From Sminthopsis crassicaudata (taxonomy: Eukaryota), in contig NC_133620.1 of NCBI RefSeq assembly GCF_048593235.1, forward strand, positions 396,581,261-396,645,260: 64,000 bases of DNA. Direction: 5' to 3'. The position numbers and the translations under genes were made by a program. Below are positions 40,520 to 51,655 of the stretch, in pieces; within the stretch, counting starts at the first letter, position 1, and each line of letters begins with the position of its first letter. Under the pieces are notes generated by a model. That model did no database searches. It had not been told where the DNA came from and saw nothing but the letters and a program-made list of their open reading frames with translations.

Positions 40520-42260
40520 ACTGTCCTTATAGGTCCTTAATTCCTCCTTCAAATCTTGTATTGAGATCTTTTTCCCTTTCCATAATGTTCAAAATGATCT
40601 GCCCTTTTATGAATGCCTTGAGAATATCCCACAAAGCTANNNNNNNNNNNNNNNNNNNNNNNNNNNNNNNNNNNNNNNNNNNNNNNNNNNNNNNNNNNNN
40701 NNNNNNNNNNNNNNNNNNNNNNNNNNNNNNNNNNNNNNNNNNNNNNNNNNNNNNNNNNNNNNNNNNNNNNNNNNNNNNNNNNNNNNNNNNNNNNNNNNNN
40801 NNNNNNNNNNNNNNNNNNNCTCTCCAACATTCCAACATTTTTTTTCTTTTAATAAATCAAATCAAAATATGATCCATCTTGGGGAGACAGTTCATGGATA
40901 GTAGGTAGGAAGAGGAGTTGCAAACCAAGCTTCATTTCTATAATGATTCCCTTCATCTCCCAAATAATATCCATGGGTCTCCTTATACTGTATATGTTGC
41001 CTTTAGTTAAAGGGATTAAGATGGAAGGTATTTTTCATTATTACATGATTCCCTACCCACAAGAATGAGACAGAAAGTATATAAAAACAAATGCTTCCTT
41101 CAGCTGTCTCACCTGAATGGAGATGCAATTTATTCTTTAGGTCCCTAAATTTGCATTTAGTTGATTCTCCTGTAGAACTTTCCCACCAAAAATAGCTGTG
41201 TCCCTTGAAGTAATGAAGGACAGTATGACCATTATNNNNNNNNNNNNNNNNNNNNNNNNNNNNNNNNNNNNNNNNNNNNNNNNNNNNNNNNNNNNNNNNN
41301 NNNNNNNNNNNNNNNNNNNNNNNNNNNNNNNNNNNNNNNNNNNNNNNNNNNNNNNNNNNNNNNNNNNNNNNNNNNNNNNNNNNNNNNNNNNNNNNNNNNN
41401 NNNNNNNNNNNNNNNNNNNNNNNNNNNNNNNNNNNNNNNNNNNNNNNNNNNNNNNNNNNNNNNNNNNNNNNNNNNNNNNNNNNNNNNNNNNNNNNNNNNN
41501 NNNNNNNNNNNNNNNNNNNNNNNNNNNNNNNNNNNNNNNNNNNNNNNNNNNNNNNNNNNNNNNNNNNNNNNNNNNNNNNNNNNNNNNNNNNNNNNNNNNN
41601 NNNNNNNNNNNNNNNNNNNNNNNNNNNNNNNNNNNATTAGGTTATAGTGAATATTACCACCTGCTCTATTCAGGAGTACAAAATGCACAGACCAATAACA
41701 AAAGCATGCATTCCTTAGCAACTTCCAAACTGCTTATTATCCAGCAATGATACTTTGATCTCTCAAAAATACCTGTGGTGTCATGAGAATTTTGTAATCC
41801 TTTTATTGTAAAATATAATAAAACTTAGATCCAGAGAATACCAATTATGGTATATAATAGTACTGGTGACAAAGCTGCCCCAAATCCTGGAAGCATCATC
41901 CTCTCCTGCTTTCTTCATTGAAATTTACAATCCACCTGGCCTAAGAGAAAGTAGATAATACAGCTATCATGATCTGCTTTTGTTAATCTTCTGAAATTGT
42001 CCCTCTCATTCCCTGTTTATGAAGATCTTGCTAGTTTGAAATTCTGGGAGTGGAGAAATGGCAAACTCCTAACTTTTCCACTGGGTACTTATTAGACTTT
42101 TTTTTCTTTGCCTTAAGGACCAAAGGCAGGAGTAGGCTTTGAAAATAAATAAGAACATTAATGCTGTAATTAAAATAGTAGATTTCTAGCAAAGCAAGAA
42201 AACAAATATCAGGGAACTGCAACTTTGGGATCAAGGGAGGCAACTATCATTCCTGAAAAA
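40520..42260. mobile_element. Highly decayed L1-clade ORF2: EN/linker on minus (40520-41235), RT on plus (41870-42260)
   Basis: Minus: ALWDILKAFIKGQII, PKMDHILI, TSRDTAIF. Plus: KAAPNPG..FFIEIY, NCPSHSLFMKILL and a GTRQGCPLSP-like segment near 42228-42255. Confidence 0.5.
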
Positions 42261-44447
42261 GTCTTGAAGTCAGGAGATATTTAGCATACATGGATCTTAC
42301 AGTGTTAACATTGCTAAGCTGCTACTAGCAATAAGCAAAGTTAAATTTTCAAGCCTGACAACTCCTTCTGAAACATACAAACACAATATTCTTATTTTTC
42401 TTTTTGTACATTGTAAGCTTTATGAATATCATCATCGAAAATTCTTTTATTCAACCAACATGTATTGCACATCAAGGCAAAATTCAAATGTGTATTTGAA
42501 AACACATGTAAATAACATATTCAGAGTAACTTTCTACTGACCATGAAAACATATGAGTGAAGTCCCATTTAATTAAAGTGTGAAAGAAGAAGAAGATGGG
42601 CTTTGTAAATGGGGGCCAGGAAGCATTTAGAAATAGCAACTGCTAAACTGATATCCCCAAACAAAGGGATTTTGCTGCCAATGTGTTTTGCTCCCTGGGA
42701 GGCAGTTTGGTGTCACAGCTTTATAGAGTATTGGGCCTGGAGGGAGGAGGACCTGAATCCCCCAGATCTGGCACAAGACACTTATGAGTTGTCATTTAAC
42801 CTCTAATTACCTCAGCTCCCTTAAGAAATCTGAGGTAAAGTGATTAGCTGAAGACCACCCTTAGTGAAAAAGCTGACCGGATCTAATTCCTAGGCCAGTG
42901 ATATTTTGCAAAACACAGAAGAGGATTTCCCAAGGAAGTTACAAAATTTCCTTTCCTGGAAATGATTGGAAGAACACATATTTGTTTAGAATACTTCAGG
43001 TATAAACCAATCCAAATGTAGGAAAGAGAAAAGAGCTTCCAGATAGCATTTTATGTGTTGGGTGATAGATTATAAATTAGAAGAAATGGTTGTGGTATCT
43101 CAGGTTGAGAGCTGGACAGAAACTTGGAGGTCAGCTGTTCCAGTCCTCTCAAGTCAAGCCAACAAACATTGAACACCTACTATGTACCAGATGCTTTTCT
43201 AAACCCCAAAAGCCAGTCCTTGCTTTCAAGAAAATCACAATCTAATATGGGAAATAGCATCTAAACAAAAACGTATGAACAAAAAAAGAATGAGATAAAA
43301 GGAATAGAAGGACTAGAGGTAAAGCAATTTGTCTAAAATCAGGTAGTTAGGAATAATACAGGTAGTAAGTGAATGAGTTGGGATCTGATCCTAGACCCCC
43401 TGACTTCAGGGCTAGGTGTCTTTCCATAGTACTATAGTACAGTAGGGGGAAAAAGTCCAATTCTGAAGTTCTTCTCCAAGAAATACTCTATGATGTCAGC
43501 AAGGTCAAGACAATCCCATCTTTTCTTCCTAAGTAAATTCTTCCAAGAAAACCAACTTTTGAGACAATAGGCAGACTTCATTCAATATCATATCCTATAT
43601 ATATGTAAAATTTGCCATTGGATTTCCATAAAAAGAGTAGATATTTACAAAAATGGAAATGGTCTTACTGTGGGGATTATGCCCCAAATATGATGACCTG
43701 GATGAGTGAAACACAGTCTCTTTTCATGCTGCCATGGTTATAAAGCCCAGGGAGCCAATGTAGCAAGTTTTCTTCTAAGAACTTAATGTAGTTTTAGGTA
43801 GTGATTTTCATTGGATTTAGTGCAATAAATGCCATGAATAATTGGACATATTCTTTGGTCCAGTATTATGAACCACCCTAAAGAAATCAAAATGTTTTTG
43901 AGAATAATTCCAGTGAAATTATTTTAAAAGGCAATAGGAAACTGAAACATAAAACCTATGCCCTAATGTGCAAATACATCCATAAATACTCATTATACTA
44001 AGACAATTAAAGTTATTGCTATAGAAACAGCTATATTTTGAAGAAAAGCACTGGAACTTTCCTAGTTTATTATTCAAGTATAGTCAGGATGCCAAACTTT
44101 TGAGTCTTCATTCCCATTCTGCCACTGTTACTAGGTGATGACTTTGTTGCAAATAATTTGATCTATTGTCAATTTGCCCATCCATGAAACAGGAATGTTC
44201 AGATACCTCTTTGGGGGAATCAGGATTAATGAATATTGGACATATTCTTTGAAATTTTAGCATGGAGGAAAATTTATTAATGCAAATGACAATGACATAA
44301 ATAATACCTTTTGGAAAATAAGTGTATCTTCTGTGTGAACTAAATTGGCAATATGAAAACTGTGCTTAAAATGAGCTGTGCATTCACAGGAACAGAATTC
44401 TAATATACTCGAACTGCTCAGTATGCTCAAGAACATTTGTTCTAGAG

Positions 44448-45860
44448 CAGTGGTTCATTACTTTTTGGGGGAGAGGAGACATGAATACTTTTGGAAGTCT
44501 GGTGTAACCTACAGACCTCTTCTCAGAATAATGTTTTTAAATACATGAAATAAAATTCAAAGGATTTTAAAGGAAATCAAAGAAATGAAAGCACAGCTAT
44601 AAACTTTTTTTTTAATTCATTTTTCCAAATTATCCCCTCCCTCCCTCCACTCCCTCCCCCCGATGGCAGGTAATCCCATACATTTTACATGTGTTACAAT
44701 ATAACCTAGATACAATATATGTGTGTAAATACCATTTTCTTGTTGCACATTAATTATTAGCTTCCAAAGGTATAAGTAACCTGGGTAGATAGACAGTAGT
44801 GCTAACAATTTACATTCACTTCCCAGTGTTCCTTCTCTGGGTGTAGTTATTTCTGTCCATCATTGATCAACTGGAAGTGAGTTGGATCTTCTTTATATTG
44901 AAGATTTCCACTTCCATCAGAATACATCCTCATACAGTATTGTTGTTGAAGTGTACAGTGATCTTCTGGTTCTGCTCATTTCACTCAGCAACAGTTGATG
45001 TAAGTCTCTCCAAGCCTCTCTGTATTCCTCCTGCTGGTCATTTCTTACAGAGCAATAATATTCCATAACCTTCATGTACCACAATTTACCCAACCATTCT
45101 CCAATTGATGGACATCCATTCAATTTCCAGTTTCTAGCTACAACAAAAAGAGCTGCCACAAACATTTTGGCACATACAGGTCCCTTTCCGCTCTTTAGTA
45201 TTTCTTTGGGATATAATCCCAATAACAGCAATGCTGGGTCAAAGGGTATGCACAGTTTGATAACTTTGTGGGCATAATTCCAGATTACTCTCCAGAATGG
45301 CTGGATTCTTTCACAACTCCACCAACAATGTATCAGTGTCCCAGTTTTCCCACATCTCCTCCAACATTCATCATTATTTGTTCCTGTCATCTTAGCCAAT
45401 CTGACAGGTGTGTAGTGGTATCTCAGAGTTGTCTTAATTTGCATTTCTCTGATCAGTAGTGATTTGGAACACTTTTTCATATGAGTGGAAATAGTTTCAA
45501 TTTCATCATCTGAGAATTGTCTGTTCATATCCCTTGACCATTTATCAATTGGAGAATGGTTTGGTTTCCTATAAATCAGGGTCAGTTCTCTATATATTTT
45601 GGAAATGAGACCTTTGTCAGAACCTTTCCTTTTAAAAATATTTTCCCAATTTGTTACTTCCCTTCTAATCTTGTTTGCATCAGTATTGTTTGTACAGAAA
45701 CTTTTTAGTTTGATGTAATCAAAATCTTCTATTTTGTGATCAATAATGATCTCTAGTTCTCCTCTGGTCATAAATTCCTTCCTCCTCCACAGGTCTGAGA
45801 GGTAGACTATTCTCGCACAGCTATAAAATTAAAAAAAAGTTTATAGATTAAAAACCTCCA
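44448..45860. mobile_element. hAT-Charlie (Charlie4-like) non-autonomous element interrupted by the L1
   Basis: Begins CAGTGGTTC. Internal CTTCTCAGAATAATGTTTTTAAAT. 8-bp TSD TTCTAGAG / TTCTAAAG. Confidence 0.65.
44605..45814 (-). mobile_element. Young 5'-truncated L1 with 284 uninterrupted ORF2 codons
   Basis: ORF 44917..45771 includes the C-terminal CWRRCGKTGTLIHCWWSC zinc-knuckle region. 13-bp TSD GCACAGCTATAAA at 44591-44603 / 45815-45827. T-tract at 44605-44613. Confidence 0.97.
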
Positions 45861-46724
45861 TTCTAAAGGAGGCTTGATTGAATATAACAATGCAATCATT
45901 CTTCAATATTATTTGGTTTAGTTTTAGCATTCTAAAATAAGATGCCTGAACTGGAACACTAAGGAAGATGTCACAACTTCTTGACACAAAAGACTTCTTT
46001 AAAGTAAATATGTAAATACATGAACATGCCAAGGTGCTGCCCAAAATGTACAGACAAAACTATTAAGCACAGTAATATAAGTGATCAATAGGACAACTTT
46101 TATGAGTTACAAGGAAGGCTTTTTTTTTTTAAATAAGCTATTCAGATTTGCTTAAAAAGAGATCCAGAATTAATGATGTATGCATGGCCAATGGATGGAA
46201 TATACTTAGTATCTACTGTGTGCATGTTACTCTGCTTCTCAACAAATATCAGGGGAAATTTGGCTTCCGTGTACTTTGGATTATTCATGTCCAGTTTTGG
46301 GTCTCCATGCTTTGCTGATAACAATTTGATGTTTGTACGCTCTGTGTCTTGTACAATGCCTCACACCTAGTAGGAGCCTAATATTTGTTGGATTGAATGG
46401 AAGCCTGGTTCCAAGTTGTTGATTTAGTATTTGCCTTAGTATTCTTCACTAAGGCTTAATGTCAATGTATTCCATGAAACAAAGCAATGCCAGAGTTTCC
46501 CAATCTTTTTGACTATGAAGCCTCTTTTAAGAATTTTTTAAAAATGCAAAAATCCTCACAGGATATCAATTGGATTATTAATATCCATTGATTGAGAAAT
46601 TGTGCAATGATAAAAAGAGCAATGAATTTAGTAAAGCTTTAAAAATTAGTTTGCATTTTATTGGCAATTAAAAAGGTCCCATTTTGCTTATTATTCCTAA
46701 ACTCCATGCAATACCTCTTAACAC

Positions 46725-46930
46725 AGTGGAGTGCTGGTAAATATTTAACAACTGGCTCTCTTAAAAAATGACATTTTAAATTTTAATTTGCATTATTAAC
46801 ATTTTATTAATTTCTTAATTATAGACAATTGACAAAGCAATTGATAAAGCTCTGATTTGTAGAATTTGCCAGTTTCTGAGGCGTAAATACTCACTGAATA
46901 TTTAACAATTTACCCTCACACCTAGGATTA
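46725..46930. mobile_element. MER63-like hAT-Blackjack element
   Basis: CAGTGGAGTGCTGGTAAATATTTAACAACTGGCTCTC..CTGATTTGTAGAATTTGCCAGTTTC. Confidence 0.7.
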
Positions 46931-49900
46931 GATAGCTAGCAGACAGGGATAATGGGAAGTTGATTCACTGAAAATAAAAGAATGCATTTGGAATATTTGG
47001 ACAATCCATAGCAAACATTTAATAGATGTCCAGAGCATAATGCTAGATGCTGGAGGGGATACAAAGTTCAGATAAATTGTTATCCTTCCCCTCATGGAGT
47101 TTATAGTCCAGTAGGGAGGGAGAACATCTATATAGATAACAAAGTATATAAAATTGTATGAGACAAGTGGTTAAAAACAAGCATTTAAGGAACTGTGGAA
47201 GGTTTTAAAGGATAAAAGGATTCTGAGGGAATCAGAAAATGTTTCATGGAAGAATTAGCATTTTGCTTGAGCTTTAAAGAATGGATAGTAATTCAATAGG
47301 GAAAAGGATTGGGAACATCCGCAGCTTCAGGAATAGCATGAATAAAAGTATGGAGGTAGAAAGTTCAGGACTTATATGAGGCATAGCAGATAGTCCAGTT
47401 TGACCAGAGCAAATAAATATAGACTTACTTCCTGAATTTGTGTACATGAGATACTCCTGACATTCTGATGAATAATACCTTACTAGATGAAAAGCAAGTC
47501 ACAATATCCTTGGGATTGCATGGAAGAGACCACATTTATGGTAAGAGTTTTGCAACCAATTCTATTTTTAAATATATCTTGAATAAACCAATGGTTCAGA
47601 TTCTCCCATAGAGCTAACTACACAGGATGAGAATCTGGCTCTTTATATTTAGCCGCAGGCCACCTAACAAGTTCTTAGGCGAAACACATTATTTTGTTAG
47701 CACAAAAAGAATTAAAAACTGTACTTGGAAACTAGGAAAGTTCCAGTGCTTTTCTTTAAAATATAGCTGTTTCTATAGCAATAACTTAACGTACTAAAGA
47801 GTGAAAGTGTTTCTTTAGAAGCCATGTGTATAAATGTGCTCTCACATTGAAGGCATTGAAGCAGCTCACCCTCTTATGATACAGAACTGGAACAGTAATC
47901 AACCAAAGAAGATGGGTCAATGATCTAGTTGATGGATCACTAAAGATCTGTCTGCAGCACAATGGAGTTCCAGGAGCTTGACTCTTTGGTTAAGTTTTGG
48001 TCTATTGGCTTAGGTCACAAGTTCTGTGAGTACAAAATAAGCCCAAGCACCTAGGACAGTACCTGGAGCTATACTAAGTGCAGATTGGCATATAATAATA
48101 AATGCCCCTTGACACAGCCTATTGTTCCAAAGACTTTAAGGACTGCCACATCAGAGAATGATCCATGTTAAGCAGAAAAATCTTAGATCTTGTTATAGAT
48201 TTTAAACCAGAATAGCCCTCAGAACATATAATTGATCATTTAATTTTATATATCAAAAAACTGAGTCCCAGGGTGGCTATATCTTCCTCTAGGTAACAAA
48301 AAGCAATATATGTTTATGAATATATACATATATACACACATATACATACACACACACATATAAACTGTATTTGGGGCAAGGTAACTGGAGCATTACCCCA
48401 GGACCTTGAATTCAGAGGATTCTGCAATACTTAGTCTTTAGCACCAAATTAAAACAATCAAAATAGGAAACTGGCATAGAGGATTTGAGGTGAGCTCTCT
48501 TTGTTGGAATAATTGTGGAAGAGAGCTGAGCTGTACTATCTCCTCTTGCTTCACTATCTTTGCCAGTCTCAACAACTGTTTTCCCAGAATCTCTTTCTCC
48601 CTGATTACCCTGTTTGGAAGATGTCCCCTCACTCCCCCTACTATACCTTTCTTCCCCAGTTACAAATCATGTGATTTGCCTTGAGAACTGTATGTAGCAC
48701 TGGCCCTTGGCCCTGTGTGACCCTGGGCATAGCACTTAGCCTCTCTCAGCCTCAATCTCCTCATCTGTAAAAAGGAAATGCTATATTAATATTATCAGTA
48801 TATATTACATAATAATAATAATCTAGCTCACAAAGTTGTTAGGATCAAATGAAATAACATCCATATTTGTTCATCTTAAGACATTATATAATGAGAATGA
48901 TGAGGATAATTCTTATCATTATTACCATTACTATTTACTATGAAACAAAGCAACTGGGAAATCCAATCTCATCTAAAAAAAGAAGTAGAAATAATTTCTT
49001 CTTAGTTTGGGACCACTGAAACTGTTCTAAAACATGAACATGGAGGAAGTCATCATGGGTGAACGGCACCTCAGACTGGAACTTCCACTTTGAGCAAGCC
49101 ACAAAACTTTCCGAATCCTGGGAACTCCGAATCTCTGATGAATTACTGGGGGTGGGGGTGAGGGAAGGATTCAAAATTAATCCAACTTGGCTTTCTGTGG
49201 AGGTCCTAGTGCCCCACCCTCCAGTGATTTCTCCAGCTTCTAGCCTATTCCTTAGCAGCTATTCTTGGGGGCAAGGGGGTTAGTGGGTGGGAATATCTGT
49301 GAAAAGGTCGATAGCCTGGCTTACTAATGGCCTTTTAGCATCTGGCAAGGGAAAGGCAGGTCACAAAAGTCTTCATGCTGTGTCCCTCTCTATTCAGAGA
49401 AAGAGCCGTAAATGGATCAGCCCCCTCCCGACCCTCCCTCCCTACTCCCTACCCCTCCTGGGGCCACGCATCTTTGTCTCCTATACAAGGCTTCACTTGT
49501 GCTCTCCGTAGCAAAAAAACGATGAAATACTTAATTCCTTAAGAAACCCTTGTATATTGACATGTGCGAAGTCCTTTTGTAAAGAAACCTCCCTGGAGCC
49601 CTTTTCCAGGACAGAAGCCGAAGGCTCCTGACTCCCCTAGACTTTAGATGGATTTTGAGAGAATGTCTCCCTGTTAATGCTGCTTATTGGTTGTAGGAAC
49701 TTTCCAGATAAGAAAAAGAAAGGAAATAACTTCACAGGCGGGGGAAAGGGGATGTGATGACAGGAGGATTTTCACTGAAGTCACGCTTTCTTTAGAAGTC
49801 AGAGAAGATTGGTCAGATCATCCGACAGCTTGCTGGATTTCCTACACCCTTATTCTCAAACAGGAACGAAATCCCCCCAAAACTGTCATTTCATAGACAA

Positions 49901-51517
49901 GAAGCAGCACGGCAGGATGGGAAGAGCCTTAAGTTTGGTTAAAGGTCCAGGCAGGCTTAAGTGCCACTTTAGCCACTCACTACCTGCTGCATGAGCTTCT
50001 GAGGATGTCACTTGACCTTTTCTGGTCCCATTTCCTTTTATGTAAAATAAAGGGGTTAAGATAGATGGCCTTTCAGGTCCCTACCAGATCTGAATTTATG
50101 AACCTAAGAACTTTCAATAAAATTGTCCCCCATCAGGCCTGGAATCTCAGAAAAAAAAAATTCCAACACTTAACAAAGAGGGCAAAGATTTGGTTGCCAA
50201 CCACCCAACTCTTTTAACCACCATGATTTTACCCAGATGTTCTTTCTCAAATGCAAAGGGATTATTTTCTTGCCAAGAAACTGGATGATTGATCAAACCT
50301 TCTTTAAATCATTTTTCATCTTATTCGTTCCCATCTGAAAGAGCAGATATTGCATGAATATTAATATTCTGGGAGAGTAGCATGTCCACTTATTTCTTTC
50401 ACCCATCTTCTTTCTTTCTTGCTGTCTCACTTAAGAAAAAAATGCCCCCTTAACCCAACTTCCAATTACTGCCAACAGTGTATAGATATGAAGTAAAAGG
50501 AGGAAGCTACTGAGGGAGGTTCTATAGTTGTTTTTTATTAGCAACAGCTGGTGGCAGTTCCCCCTTTTTGAATGTGAGTGAGTTTTTTTTTTTTTTAATG
50601 TTATACATGTCATATCCAGCTTCATAAGACTGGACGGCAAAGGGGGAGATAGGAGTGTATTTCAGCTTTTGCACACATACAAAAAAGGAGATTTATGCTA
50701 AATGTGGTGAGGGTAGCATCCTGAAGATTAGGAAACTTTCAAAAGGAATATTTGCTATAAATATTGTGTAGGTAACATTTGAACAATTAGACAAACATAA
50801 TGAGTAACTGAAACCACCTGTACCATAAAAAAATACAATAACATTTCTTCTTATTTGTCCAAAATCCATTAATAGAAATAAAAATGTGGGCTGCACATGT
50901 CCAACATCAATCCTTATTGTAACTTGTAAGTATGTTTATAATCAAGGGTGGAGTTTGCAACACCGGAGCTCTTTATAACTACATTGGAAAGAGTGGGACA
51001 TCAAAAGGAAATCTTTGCCATCAGTCTACCATGGAAATAAATCTTCCTTTATTCACATGTTCACTGGCTCTTACATGAGAAACTATAATGGACAGCGTTT
51101 CATCTTATTTCATGTTTGGAATTCCAGGTAGTATTTTCAAGCATATTAAATTCACATGTGGCATCTGTCTTAGACAGACAGATCTTGCTGATTTCATATG
51201 CGCTCTATGCCCTTGCAATTATTTTATTTTCATTTGTTTTCACTACTCTGAACTAAAATGCACGAACTGCATAAATGTCTGACATTGGGAAAAGAGAATT
51301 GGTTTTGGAGTCAGCGACTAGTAGTTTGTTTATTGGGTATGTGATCTCAGCTAAAACACTTGACTTCTTAGAACTTCATTTCATCTAACAAATTTAAATA
51401 ATACTTACCCTGTCTACCTTATAGGGTTGTTTTAAATGACAAATTAGACTTTGTAAGGATAGAATGTTACCTAAACATGTGATTTATCTAAGTAATAATA
51501 AAAGCAACAATAAAATT

Positions 51518-51655
51518 TATCTAATTCTGAGAGTGTAAGGTTGAGATCTCCCACTATTATAGTTTTGCTTTCTATTTCTTCTTGCAGTTCTCATCTTTTC
51601 TTTTAGGAATTTAGATGCTATACCACTTTGTGCATATATATTTAGTATTGATATT
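51518..51655 (-). mobile_element. Internal L1 ORF2 endonuclease fragment with TSD and no 3' end
   Basis: Translates ISILNIYAQSGIASKFLKEK..LQEEIESKTIIVGDLNLTLSELD (one frameshift). 15-bp direct repeat AGCAACAATAAAATT at 51503-51517 / 51656-51670. Confidence 0.85.

Larger units (their letters stand above)
44010..47787. repeat. 59-bp inverted repeat pair, 44010-44068 and 47729-47787
   Basis: 58/59 identical by direct reverse-complement comparison. Confidence 0.95.

Noticed and set aside
44917-45771. 284-aa ORF as a host gene
   Set aside because: It is the C-terminus of L1 ORF2 in a 5'-truncated copy. The same applies to 25976..26275 and 37003..37278.
44010-47787. Autonomous DNA transposon defined by the 59-bp inverted repeats
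   Set aside because: No transposase remnants inside, no TSD, and the interior is older repeat-laden genomic DNA.
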